NCBI GenBank assembly: GCA_963820525.1
Contig: CAWGAA010000001.1
Location: forward strand, 2,048,001 to 2,112,000
Direction: 5' to 3'
From: an uncultured Spirochaetota bacterium
GTDB taxonomy: Bacteria > Spirochaetota > Spirochaetia > SZUA-6 > Fen-1364
Length of the DNA stretch: 64,000 nt
Shown: positions 39,683-49,884 of the stretch, piece by piece
How the letters are laid out: each line of letters starts with the position of its first letter
Numbering within the stretch: the first letter of the stretch is position 1
The notes under the pieces: model-generated
The model's input: the letters and a program-made list of their open reading frames with translations, nothing else
What the model was told of the DNA's origin: nothing
The model's database searches: none
Made by a program: the position numbers and the translations under genes

Positions 39683-39710
39683 TTGACAGAAAACTGTCTA
39701 CAGTTATAAT
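39683..39710 (+). promoter_or_regulatory. Consensus sigma70 promoter for the transposase, overlapped by a palindrome
   Basis: TTGACA-16-TATAAT; gacag-aaaa-ctgtc at 39685-39698. Confidence 0.7.
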
Positions 39711-40912
39711 ACTGTTAGATATGTTGCCCGTCAAGCTTCCCCGGCGTTGGTTTTTCTCCCGGATCCTCGCTTCGATGTGCGTGTGCGTCTTTCTCGGCCT
39801 GGGCATCTTGATCTTCTCCAGCGCCCCCTCCATGGCAGCCGCCGATAGAGCAATCGTTCCCCAGGAGGTTCGTCGTCCATGCAAACCACTTCTGCCAGTG
39901 CCAAGCGCCAACCCGCTCTGATTCCCAGGTCTATGCGCCCGACCATCTCCATCGCGGAGGACCACAGGCTGGTCCAAATGACCGACACCCTGGACTGGAC
40001 AGAAATGGAGGAGCAAGCCCAGCAGATACGATCCGCCAAGCTCAAGAACGCCGCTGGGCGGCCGCCGCACCTGCGCGCCTTGCTGGGAGCTATGCTGCTG
40101 ATGGCCACCCGAAAGCTGACATACCGGGAGGCCGAGGACTTGATCTGCTACTACGCCCCAGCGCGCTACTTGTGCGGGCTGACCGAAACGGAGTGGACCC
40201 CGGACTTCACCACCATCCAGGACTTCACCGAACTGATGGGCGAGCAGGGGATCAAGCTCATCAATCAATGCGTGGTGCAAATGGCGGTGAAACAAAAGTT
40301 GGCAGATCCCAAGACACTGGTGGCCGACACCACAGCGCAGGAAGCGGCGATCCCCTATCCCAACGAGATGGGGCTCATGGCCGGCTTTCTGACCTCGGTG
40401 GCTGCCGCAACCCGAAAAGTTGGCCGAGCGCTGAAGGGATTCGTGCAGGAGACGGTGAGTCAATTCGAGGCGGCCAAGAAGAAGGGGCGAGAGTACCGCC
40501 TGTTCGCCAAGACCAAGGAGAGCAAGGATCGGGTGATGGGGCAGATGATCGCCATCGTCAAGAAGCTCAACGAGCATCTGAGCAAGGCGCTGGGCGCCCC
40601 TGCCGCACAGTGGGAAAAGCTACGCAAGCATGCAATTGTGGCCAAAAGCAAGCTGGTTCAGTTGCAGGAAACGATGAGCAAACTGATCCCGCAGATCCGC
40701 TACTGGATTCGCACGGGCTGCGTGGCCAGCGGCAAGATCATCAGCCTGCATATCCCGCAGCTCTACAGCATCGTACGCGGCAAAGTGGGCAAATCGGTGG
40801 AGTTTGGGCTGAGCTGGGGCATCAGGCGACTGGCGGGGGGTACCTGCTGGCCACGCTGGCCCCGAATCGCCGCGAGTTACAGGACACGAAGTTCGCGGTG
40901 CGAGCGGTCAAA

Positions 40913-42836
40913 CCCATCTTCGACACTTTGAAAAATGAAATGTTTACCCTATAAGGAATTAGAAGACACGAAAATTCTGTTGGCACTACAGATCAACTTC
41001 CTCCGTGGTAGCTCTTATTCGCGAACCGTCTGCGGCACTGCGACACCCGCGGCCTGCAATACTGTGTGGCACACCCCCCGCAGGTCGGTGCGCAGATATA
41101 GCTTTTTGCCATGCATTTCCACTTCCACCTCCTGCAGTGCTCGAAGGTCCCTATTGATATCCGCCCACTCCAGCTTGTCCCCGTGCTTCTCAAGTCTAGT
41201 TTCCAGCTCTTTTCGTAGAACAAGGGCGAGGAAACTGCAGAACACGTGGCCGCGGATCGTGTCGTCAACTTTATGATAGATCGGGCGGGTCTCCAGAAGG
41301 CTCTTGGCCGAACGGAATATCGATTCCACCATCCACAGCTGCTTGTACTTCAGTGCCACATCCGCGGCGGAAAATGCGGTGTTGGTGCGAAGCACCCACA
41401 TGCCGTCGAAGAGTGCCTCCTCGGAGAGCTTGGCCTCGTCGACGGTGAAGTGCTCCTTTCCCGCGGACTTCAGGTATCGCCTGTAGCCCTTGTTGCCCAC
41501 GAGACTCTTGTCCCCGCTTTTGAGCTTCTCTTTCAAAGACTCCACGATGGCCTTTCTGTCCGCGGCATCCTTTCGGGCCTGATCCTCGTTGTAACACACG
41601 ATGTAACGCCTATCCCCCACCCACTGCTCCCGCACCGATAGGGGGGAGGGATCCCCTGCCTTCTTCTTCTCTCCTGTGACTACTTGGAACTTCTCAGAGG
41701 AAGGAAGCACTTCATCGCGTACCGTCTTGTCCTTGTGCATGCGCGCTCCCAGGATGTAGGACATGCCAAGCTCATCAGTTTCAAGTTTCTCGATCGTCTC
41801 TGCGCTTATCATCCCGCGGTCTGCCACCACGCACACCGAAGCGATGGCGAAGCGGCTCTTCAGTCGCTGGACCACAGGGATGAGAGAACTGACATCGGTA
41901 AGATTGCCTGGCCACAGCTCGCAGCAAATCGGCCGCCCAGTGCCGTCCAGCACCGCGCCGACCACCATCTGTTTCAGGTCGGGTCTGTGGTCCTTGCTGT
42001 GCCCGTACTGTCCCAGGCTTTCTCCCCCTTGCCCCTCGAAGTACAGGCTCGTGGTGTCGAAGAACACCAGCTCCAACTCGCTGAACAGATCGCGGTTACG
42101 GCGAAAAAGCTCCTCTTCGATGAGGTCACTTTCGGCATCGCAGGCTTCGCGCATCATGGCCGAGCTGGATGCTCTGTTCTCCCAGCCAGCCCATGGCGCG
42201 GTAGAGGTGATGAAGCTCGATTCCCTCTGTCCCGCTGATCTGGAAATCCTCTTTCCAGCGCTCTGCCGCGCGGTCGCTTCCCGGATCGAAGAGGCGGTGC
42301 AGCACGGTGAGGAAGATCGCCCGTTCCAAGGAGAAGCGCCATGAGCGAGCGGCCACTTGGCCCTTTATCGCCTCTTTGATCCCCAACTGCTGCCACAATC
42401 GGTCGAAGAGAAGGGCGGGACCGATGGACAGTGTGCGGTGCGCTTGGATGGTGCCCTCGCGGTGAGCATCGATGATCGTTCGAATCGAGGAGAACTTCGC
42501 CAGCGATCGGGTGAGGGCATCGATCTTGCCTGATGCGGTGAGTGCATCCAGTTGGCCGAGGGTGGTGAGGACACGTTGTTTGACCTTTTTGCCCTCACGC
42601 TTGCTTTCAACGATCTGAAGGTACTTGTATCCGTGCGAGTTCTTGATGCGGACGAACATTGCCTGCCCCCCCTCTACGGATACTACCATGAAGATGGCAT
42701 CTATGCAAGTATTTTCTTCATAAATTGCCAATTCCGTGGCACTACATAAAGTGGTCCGGTTGTAAAAAAACCTTCAAATTCCCTGCAAATTCGAGGGGTA
42801 CGGCTTCCTGGAGACGCTCAAAGTGTCGAAGATGGG
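40913..42836 (-). mobile_element. IS1634 copy A, TCAAA target duplication
   Basis: TIR cccatcttcgacactttg at both ends; TCAAA at 40908-40912 and 42837-42841. Confidence 0.93.
41015..42659 (-). pseudogene. IS1634 transposase with a +1 frameshift near 42127
   Basis: cgaaagTgacc here versus cgaaaggacc in copies B and C. Confidence 0.85.
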
Positions 42837-43407
42837 TCAAAGACCACATCGCGCTCTTTGGCAAGGCGCCGCTGGCTTATGCCTACGACCGTGGTGGATA
42901 CAGCGCGGAGAATGTCTCCACCTTGAAGAAGTTGGGGGTCAAGGATGTGGGACTGGCCCCCCGTGGACGTACGCAGTGGTCGGTAAGCGGGCCGGTGCGC
43001 GACCGGCTGGTCAGAGAGAGGGCAATGGTGGAGGCGGGAATCGGCACCATCAAGAGCCCGAGATACGGGTTCAATCGTCCAGCTGCTCGTTCGGAGGCCA
43101 TGATGGGAGCGTGTGGGCAGCGCGCTGTGTTGGGATTCAACACCAACAAGCTGATCCGCGAACTTGCCGGGCGAAAGGGGATGACGCTGAACGGCTAACG
43201 GAATACGGGACGCCTGGTCACGAGACTGACAGTGCACCAGCGGGGTACGCACACAAGACACACAGCGCACCGGAAGGCGCGACATAGGTCCGCGGCCCGT
43301 CGAACACCGAGCCAACGGGCGCCTGAATTACCCGACAAACTGTAGCTAATATAAAACCCATCGAATGCAATTCAAGCTTATGTCGCGGTAAATCCCCGAA
43401 TCATTGC

Positions 43408-43544
43408 CTATAACGTCCCGCCAGTATGCGACGTGGGCTGAGGCCCAACAAGGGCCGAAGCCCATGTGGCGGAGCGGCGCGCTGCAGCGCCGCGGAGTCC
43501 GAGGCGCCCGTCAGGGCGCCGATGCACATTACGGGCTGTTGTGG
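43408..43544 (-). other. attC-like integron recombination site
   Basis: On the - strand CCACAAC...GTTATAG with internal IRs; near-identical to 46114-46250. Confidence 0.75.
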
Positions 43545-43566
43545 GCCGTTGCACCTCTCACTATTG

Positions 43567-45488
43567 CCCATCTTCGACACTTTGAGCGTCTCCAGGAAGC
43601 CGTACCCCTCGAATTTGCAGGGAATTTGAAGGTTTTTTTACAACCGGACCGCTTTATGTAGTGCCACGGAATTGGCAGTTTATGAAGAAAATACTTGCAT
43701 AGATGACCTCTTCATGGTAGTATCCGTAGAGGGGGGCAGGCAATGTTCGTCCGCATCAAGAACTCGCACGGATACAAGTACCTTCAGATCGTTGAAAGCA
43801 AGCGTGAGGGCAAAAAGGTCAAACAACGTGTCCTCACCACCCTCGGCCAACTGGATGCACTCACCGCATCAGGCAAGATCGATGCCCTCACCCGATCGCT
43901 GGCGAAGTTCTCCTCGATTCGAACGATCATCGATGCTCACCGCGAGGGCACCATCCAAGCGCACCGCACACTGTCCATCGGTCCCGCCCTTCTCTTCGAC
44001 CGATTGTGGCAGCAGTTGGGGATCAAAGAGGCGATAAAGGGCCAAGTGGCCGCTCGCTCATGGCGCTTCTCCCTGGAACGGGCGATCTTCCTCACCGTGC
44101 TGCACCGCCTCTTCGATCCGGGAAGCGACCGCGCGGCAGAGCGCTGGAAAGAGGATTTCCAGATCAGCGGGACAGAAGGCATCGAACTTCATCACCTCTA
44201 CCGCGCCATGGGCTGGCTGGGAGAACAGAGCATCCAGCTCGGCCATGATGCGCGAAGCCTGCGATGCCGAAAGGACCTCATCGAAGAGGAGCTTTTTCGC
44301 CGTAACCGCGATCTGTTCAGCGAGTTGGAGCTGGTGTTCTTCGACACCACGAGCCTGTACTTCGAGGGGCAAGGGGGAGAAAGCCTGGGACAGTACGGGC
44401 ACAGCAAGGACCACAGACCCGACCTGAAACAGATGGTGGTCGGCGCGGTGCTGGACGGGGCAGGGCGGCCGATTTGCTGCGAGCTGTGGCCGGGCAATCT
44501 TACCGATGTCAGTTCTCTCATCCCTGTGGTCCAGCGACTGAAGAGCCGCTTCGCAATCGCTTCGGTGTGCGTGGTGGCAGACCGCGGGATGATAAGCGCA
44601 GAGACGATCGAGAAACTTGAAACTGATGAGCTTGGCATGTCCTACATCCTGGGAGCGCGCATGCACAAGGACAAGACGGTACGCGATGAAGTGCTTCCTT
44701 CCTCTGAGAAGTTCCAAGTAGTCACAGGAGAGAAGAAGAAGGCAGGGGATCCCTCCCCCCTATCGGTGCGGGAGCAGTGGGTGGGGGATAGGCGTTACAT
44801 CGTGTGTTACAACGAGGATCAGGCCCGAAAGGATGCCGCGGACAGAAAGGCCATCGTGGAGTCTTTGAAAGAGAAGCTCAAAAGCGGGGACAAGAGTCTC
44901 GTGGGCAACAAGGGCTACAGGCGATACCTGAAGTCCGCGGGAAAGGAGCACTTCACCGTCGACGAGGCCAAGCTCTCCGAGGAGGCACTCTTCGACGGCA
45001 TGTGGGTGCTTCGCACCAACACCGCATTTTCCGCCGCGGATGTGGCACTGAAGTACAAGCAGCTGTGGATGGTGGAATCGATATTCCGTTCGGCCAAGAG
45101 CCTTCTGGAGACCCGCCCTATCTATCACAAAGTTGACGACACCATCCGGGGGCACGTGTTCTGTAGTTTCCTCGCCTTGGTTCTTCGAAAAGAGCTGGAA
45201 ACCAGACTTGAGAAGCAAGGGGACAAGCTGGAGTGGGCGGATATCAATAGGGACCTTCGAGCACTTCAGGAAGTGGAAGTAGAAATGCATGGCAAAAAGC
45301 TGTATCTGCGCACCGACCTGCGGGGGGTGTGCCACACGGTATTGCAGGCCGCGGGTGTCGCAGTGCCGCAGACGGTTCGCGAATAAGAGCTACCACGGAG
45401 GAAGTTGATCTGTAGTGCCAACAGAATTTTCGTGTCTTCTAATTCCTTATAGGGTAAACATTTTATTTTTCAAAGTGTCGAAGATGGG
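43567..45488 (+). mobile_element. IS1634 copy B, flanks do not match (TATTG / CTTTA)
   Basis: Same TIRs as copies A and C. Confidence 0.93.
43743..45386 (+). CDS. IS1634 family transposase
   Basis: FFDTTSLYFEG, GHSKDHRPD, VADRGM, LETRPIYH. Confidence 0.95.
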   Translation: MFVRIKNSHGYKYLQIVESKREGKKVKQRVLTTLGQLDALTASGKIDALTRSLAKFSSIRTIIDAHREGTIQAHRTLSIGPALLFDRLWQQLGIKEAIKGQVAARSWRFSLERAIFLTVLHRLFDPGSDRAAERWKEDFQISGTEGIELHHLYRAMGWLGEQSIQLGHDARSLRCRKDLIEEELFRRNRDLFSELELVFFDTTSLYFEGQGGESLGQYGHSKDHRPDLKQMVVGAVLDGAGRPICCELWPGNLTDVSSLIPVVQRLKSRFAIASVCVVADRGMISAETIEKLETDELGMSYILGARMHKDKTVRDEVLPSSEKFQVVTGEKKKAGDPSPLSVREQWVGDRRYIVCYNEDQARKDAADRKAIVESLKEKLKSGDKSLVGNKGYRRYLKSAGKEHFTVDEAKLSEEALFDGMWVLRTNTAFSAADVALKYKQLWMVESIFRSAKSLLETRPIYHKVDDTIRGHVFCSFLALVLRKELETRLEKQGDKLEWADINRDLRALQEVEVEMHGKKLYLRTDLRGVCHTVLQAAGVAVPQTVRE

Positions 45489-45538
45489 CTTTATTCAGAA
45501 TGGACAAAGAGACATATAATGATCTGAATAGTGACCAC

Positions 45539-45572
45539 TTGACAATAATGATGAAAGTATATACATTGTATA
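45539..45572 (+). promoter_or_regulatory. TA promoter with operator palindrome
   Basis: TTGACA-17-TACATT; tataca-t-tgtata at 45560-45572, just before GTG 45574. Confidence 0.65.
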
Positions 45573-45573
45573 G

Positions 45574-45864
45574 GTGACATATATACGCTTCACTTGGGAC
45601 CAAAAGAAAAGCAAAGCGAATTATGAGAAGCACGGTATATCTTTCGAAGAAGCCAAATCAATTTTCTACGACCCGGCTGCACGTCAAATTTATGATCCAG
45701 ATCATTCAGCTGATGAAGATAGATTCATCATGCTCGGAATGAGTCATAAGTTAAGGGTCCTTATAGTTTGTCATTGTTATAGGGAGAAGGAAGAAAAAAT
45801 CAGGATTATATCTGCACGCAAGGCAACTGCTGTTGAAACACGTCTTTATGAGAGGAGGAGATAA
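45574..45864 (+). CDS. brnT: BrnT family toxin (RelE-like ribonuclease)
   Basis: FTWDQKKSKANYEKHGISFEEA, EDRF, IRIISARKAT. Confidence 0.92.
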   Translation: MTYIRFTWDQKKSKANYEKHGISFEEAKSIFYDPAARQIYDPDHSADEDRFIMLGMSHKLRVLIVCHCYREKEEKIRIISARKATAVETRLYERRR

Positions 45865-45865
45865 T

Positions 45866-46087
45866 ATGAGAAAGGAATATAACTTCGATAAATCTATAAG
45901 AAATCCGTATTATCGTAAGCTGAAAAAGCCCATATCGATCCGGCTTGACGCAGAGACAATCGAGTATTTTAAAAAATTGTCCGAAGAGACGAATATCCCG
46001 TATCAAAATTTGATAAATAGCTATTTATCAGAATGCGCTTCAAAGAAGCTGAGACCGACACTGCATTGGATGAAACGAGGCGCATAG
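45866..46087 (+). CDS. BrnA/CopG-type antitoxin
   Basis: MRKEYNF...KKPISIRLD..TIEYFK...PYQNLINSYL. Confidence 0.88.
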   Translation: MRKEYNFDKSIRNPYYRKLKKPISIRLDAETIEYFKKLSEETNIPYQNLINSYLSECASKKLRPTLHWMKRGA

Positions 46088-46113
46088 AGATTTAAGAAAG
46101 CTGGCGCAATGTC

Positions 46114-46250
46114 ACACAACGTCCCGCCAGTATGCGACGTGGGCTGAGGCCCAACAAGGGCCGAAGCCCATGTGGCGGAGCGGCGCGCTGCAGCGCCGCG
46201 GAGCCCGAGGCGCCCGCAAGGGCGCCGAAGAGCATTACTGGCTGTTGTGG
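46114..46250 (-). other. attC-like integron recombination site
   Basis: On the - strand CCACAAC-agccagtaatgc...gcatactggc-gggac-GTTGTGT; L boxes pair with one extrahelical base. Confidence 0.8.
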
Positions 46251-46272
46251 GCCGTTGCACCTCTCACTATTG

Positions 46273-48195
46273 CCCATCTTCGACACTTTGAGCGTCTCCA
46301 GGAAGCCGTACCCCTCGAATTTGCAGGGAATTTGAAGGTTTTTTTACAACCGGACCGCTTTATGTAGTGCCACCGAATTGGCAGTTTATGAAGAAAATGC
46401 TTGCATAGATGGCCTCTTCATGGTAGTATCCGTAGAGGGGGGGCAGGCAATGTTCGTCCGCATCAAGAACTCGCACGGATACAAGTACCTTCAGATCGTT
46501 GAAAGCAAGCGTGAGGGCAAAAAGGTCAAACAACGTGTCCTCACCACCCTCGGCCAACTGGATGCACTCACCGCATCAGGCAAGATCGATGCCCTCACCC
46601 GATCGCTGGCGAAGTTCTCCTCGATTCGAACGATCATCGATGCTCACCGCGAGGGCACCATCCAAGCGCACCGCACACTGTCCATCGGTCCCGCCCTTCT
46701 CTTCGACCGATTGTGGCAGCAGTTGGGGATCAAAGAGGCGATAAAGGGCCAAGTGGCCGCTCGCCCATGGCGCTTCTCCCTGGAACGGGCGATCTTCCTC
46801 ACCGTGCTGCACCGCCTCTTCGATCCGGGAAGCGACCGCGCAGCAGAGCGCTGGAAAGAGGATTTCCAGATCAGCGGGACAGAGGGAATCGAGCTTCATC
46901 ACCTCTACCGCGCCATGGGCTGGCTGGGAGAACAGAGCATCCAGCTCGGCCATGATGCGCGAAGCCTGCGATGCCGAAAGGACCTCATCGAAGAGGAGCT
47001 TTTTCGCCGTAACCGCGATCTGTTCAGCGAGTTGGAGCTGGTGTTCTTCGACACCACGAGCCTGTACTTCGAGGGGCAAGGGGGAGAAAGCCTGGGACAG
47101 TACGGGCACAGCAAGGACCACAGACCCGACCTGAAACAGATGGTGGTCGGCGCGGTGCTGGACGGCGCTGGGCGGCCGATCTGCTGCGAGCTGTGGCCAG
47201 GGAACCTCACCGATGTCACCTCCCTTATCCCTGTGGTCCAGCGACTGAAGAGCCGCTTCGCAATCGCTTCGGTGTGCGTGGTGGCAGACCGCGGGATGAT
47301 AAGCGCAGAGACGATCGAGAAACTTGAAACTGATGAGCTTGGCATGTCCTACATCCTGGGAGCGCGCATGCACAAGGACAAGACGGTACGCGATGAAGTG
47401 CTTCCTTCCTCTGAGAAGTTCCAAGTAGTCACAGGAGAGAAGAAGAAGCCTGGGGATCCCTCCCCCCTATCGGTGCGGGAGCAGTGGGTGGGGGATAGGC
47501 GTTACGTGGTCTGTTACAACGAGGATCAGGCCCGAAAGGATGCCGCGGACAGAAAGGCCATCGTGGAGTCTTTGAAAGAGAAGCTCAAAAGCGGGGACAA
47601 GAGCCTCGTGGGCAATAAGGGCTACAGGCGCTACCTGAAGTCCGCGGGAAAGGAGCACTTCACCGTCGACGAGGCGAAGCTCGCGAAGGAGCAGCTGTTC
47701 GACGGCATGTGGGTGCTGCGCACCAATACCGCGTTTGCCGCCGCGGATGTGGCACTGAAGTACAAGCAGCTGTGGATGGTGGAATCGATATTCCGTTCAG
47801 CCAAGAGCCTTCTGGAGACCCGCCCGATCTATCACAAAGTTGACGACACTATCCGGGGGCATGTGTTCTGCAGTTTCCTCGCCCTTGTTCTACGAAAAGA
47901 GCTGGAAACGAGACTTGAGAAGCACGGGGACAAGCTGGAGTGGGCGGATATCAATAGGGACCTTCGAGCACTTCAGGAGGTGGAAGTGGAAATGCATGGC
48001 AAGAAGCTGTATCTGCGCACCGACCTGCGCGGGGTATGCCACACGGTATTGCAGGCCGCGGGTGTCGCAGTGCCGCAGACGGTTCGCGAATAAGAGCTAC
48101 CACGGAGGAAGTTGATCTGTAGTGCCAACAGAATTTCCGTGTCTTCTAATTCCTTATAGGGTAAACATTTCATTTTTCAAAGTGTCGAAGATGGG
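46273..48195 (+). mobile_element. IS1634 copy C, TATTG target duplication
   Basis: TIRs; TATTG at 46268-46272 and 48196-48200. Confidence 0.93.
46450..48093 (+). CDS. IS1634 family transposase
   Basis: Intact, near-identical to copy B. Confidence 0.95.
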   Translation: MFVRIKNSHGYKYLQIVESKREGKKVKQRVLTTLGQLDALTASGKIDALTRSLAKFSSIRTIIDAHREGTIQAHRTLSIGPALLFDRLWQQLGIKEAIKGQVAARPWRFSLERAIFLTVLHRLFDPGSDRAAERWKEDFQISGTEGIELHHLYRAMGWLGEQSIQLGHDARSLRCRKDLIEEELFRRNRDLFSELELVFFDTTSLYFEGQGGESLGQYGHSKDHRPDLKQMVVGAVLDGAGRPICCELWPGNLTDVTSLIPVVQRLKSRFAIASVCVVADRGMISAETIEKLETDELGMSYILGARMHKDKTVRDEVLPSSEKFQVVTGEKKKPGDPSPLSVREQWVGDRRYVVCYNEDQARKDAADRKAIVESLKEKLKSGDKSLVGNKGYRRYLKSAGKEHFTVDEAKLAKEQLFDGMWVLRTNTAFAAADVALKYKQLWMVESIFRSAKSLLETRPIYHKVDDTIRGHVFCSFLALVLRKELETRLEKHGDKLEWADINRDLRALQEVEVEMHGKKLYLRTDLRGVCHTVLQAAGVAVPQTVRE

Positions 48196-48219
48196 TATTG
48201 CAAATCTTTATAGCCCTTA

Positions 48220-48792
48220 TCAAGGAAGCTCAGGAAGACCTATCCGTGATAAGTAATTGCAGAACCTCAACGAAAGCTCTTCTCTGAATAGTTCTGATAC
48301 AGAAGCTATATAGCAGATTTTATGTATTAGGATGAATGATTCAAATGGTAAAGTCAAATAATGCTTGAAATCAAGAACTAGATCTGGAATCGGCAAGTCA
48401 CCTGTTTGACCTTTTATAAAGTGATATCGTTGATCCCGGTTTTGCTTAACATAACCCCATCTTTCAGAATTGAGTCGATCTTGCTTAATATTAAAAGCAT
48501 CTACGAGATGATCTCCAGACCTAAAGCTATCACCGAGAAAGCACGGAGCTATAAGAATATTCGGCAGGTATTGATTATTTGTTATGATACCTGCAGGTTG
48601 TCCATTTCGATCTGAATTGCTTTGCTCGAGATCGCAGTCTTGGCTCAACACAATCATGTAAGGATAGGTTATTTGAAGGACAGCGCTATTTACATCAATT
48701 ACATCGAGTTTCGCGTCACGTAATATGTCACCTTGGCATATCCGAGACTTGTCATGTCGTGTGAACCGCGTTAATACGTTACTTTTCCACAC
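48220..48792 (-). CDS. Hypothetical protein with PemK/MazF-like motif spacing
   Basis: CQGDIL...PYMIVLSQDCDL...ILIAPC...LVLDF...YLSRIGLP. Confidence 0.7.
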   Translation of the reverse strand: MWKSNVLTRFTRHDKSRICQGDILRDAKLDVIDVNSAVLQITYPYMIVLSQDCDLEQSNSDRNGQPAGIITNNQYLPNILIAPCFLGDSFRSGDHLVDAFNIKQDRLNSERWGYVKQNRDQRYHFIKGQTGDLPIPDLVLDFKHYLTLPFESFILIHKICYIASVSELFREELSLRFCNYLSRIGLPELP

Positions 48793-48961
48793 GGCCTATA
48801 ATTTTCTTTGTCACTTTCACAGTTGGATAGTGCGAACTATCAATAACATGGGATGGTTGCATTTTAGCACTTGAAGAGGGTTTTGTTGTTGGTGCTTTTG
48901 AATTTGTTTTAGATTCAGAGAAGTACTCCGAACTAGATGATGAACTAGTCTTTGCCGGCAT
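48779..48961 (-). CDS. Small Ser/Lys-rich peptide overlapping both neighbours
   Basis: 60 aa; overlaps the upstream stop and downstream start; GGGG SD-like sequence upstream. Confidence 0.55.
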   Translation of the reverse strand: MPAKTSSSSSSEYFSESKTNSKAPTTKPSSSAKMQPSHVIDSSHYPTVKVTKKIIGRVEK

Positions 48962-49718
48962 TTGTTACCCCCATTAGTGTCCGCAAAGGTTCTTTTATAG
49001 AATTCTCAAAGAGCTCCTGAATCGACCTATTAAATTTGCGTACTTGAGCAGGAATATCAGACGAAACATCTTGCGAGTAGCAATCATAATCAAGAATATA
49101 TTGACGGCGAGTTATTTTGGCTGGGAATTCCGGATTGAATATTCCATAATTGCAAACTATTTGATATTCATCTTTGTTTAAAGCATATTGGCCCATTGTT
49201 CTTGAAAGATATTGAATGTTCTCTCCAAAACCGCTATTAGAGCATGTTAGAAAGTCCGAGATATATTCTGCCCAATCGAGCGGATTGCCATCTTTCAGAT
49301 TTATTGTATTTATATATCTGAGCCCAATCCTTGTATAATCAGGCTTTGGGTATGCCGAAGCAAAAGCTTGAACAATAATTTGAATTCTTTCCAAGTATTC
49401 TTCAAGCGATGTATAATGGAAGTCTTCAATTGCGAGAAAAGAGTAATTCAGTGTTAGTTTGAATCTTTCAGATTTGTCAAGGATGATCCAGCTTGTTATT
49501 GGAGCGGCGATACTCCCCTGTGGAGTACCATCCTTGATCTCTGCCCTATATTCGAATCCTTTTTCCTCTTGTAAAACGGGCATCTGAATGCGAATTGACT
49601 CATGGAATTGAGGAGAAATTTTCTCCCTAAGAACAAGGATAGGATTGTAGTCTATACGAAAAATGACATTTGAGAGAAAATTATTACTGTACTTGATTTT
49701 ATTGAGATCAATATGCAT
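48945..49718 (-). CDS. TIGR04255 family protein
   Basis: YSNNFLSNVIFRIDY, YTSLEEY, RIGLRYIN.I, ILDYDC, LFENSI pattern. Confidence 0.85.
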   Translation of the reverse strand: MHIDLNKIKYSNNFLSNVIFRIDYNPILVLREKISPQFHESIRIQMPVLQEEKGFEYRAEIKDGTPQGSIAAPITSWIILDKSERFKLTLNYSFLAIEDFHYTSLEEYLERIQIIVQAFASAYPKPDYTRIGLRYINTINLKDGNPLDWAEYISDFLTCSNSGFGENIQYLSRTMGQYALNKDEYQIVCNYGIFNPEFPAKITRRQYILDYDCYSQDVSSDIPAQVRKFNRSIQELFENSIKEPLRTLMGVTNAGKD

Positions 49719-49884
49719 TGAAATAGTCTCTCTGTTCCGCTGCAAGTTGTTTCTTCAAATAAAATGATCAATAAATGATAGATCATCAAGCGGTCCGTAT
49801 TTCCTTTTCGAGTCAATAGTTATCTGATTATGTTTTTGCATATGCCACTTTTCAGTATGTTATTCAATGTGCCTGTGCAATGGC

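Larger units (their letters stand above)
39879..43198 (+). pseudogene. IS5-like transposase, frameshifted near 40835 and split by IS1634
   Basis: PDFTTI, ADTTAQE, GKSVEFG, YDRGG, RAMVEAGIG; A-V-K|D-H-I rejoins across the IS1634. Confidence 0.85.
39267..43342 (+). mobile_element. IS5/IS4-like DDE element carrying a divergent DUF6788 gene; interrupted by IS1634
   Basis: TIRs cagcttgtcgggtaatt / aattacccgacaaactg; TAGCTA on both flanks (39261-39266 and 43343-43348). Confidence 0.85.

Noticed and set aside
43408..46272. attC family repeats read as small genes (43404, 43426, 46132, 46170, 19846 ORFs)
   Set aside because: The ORFs fall across palindromic repeats and IS ends and have no RBS or recognisable family.
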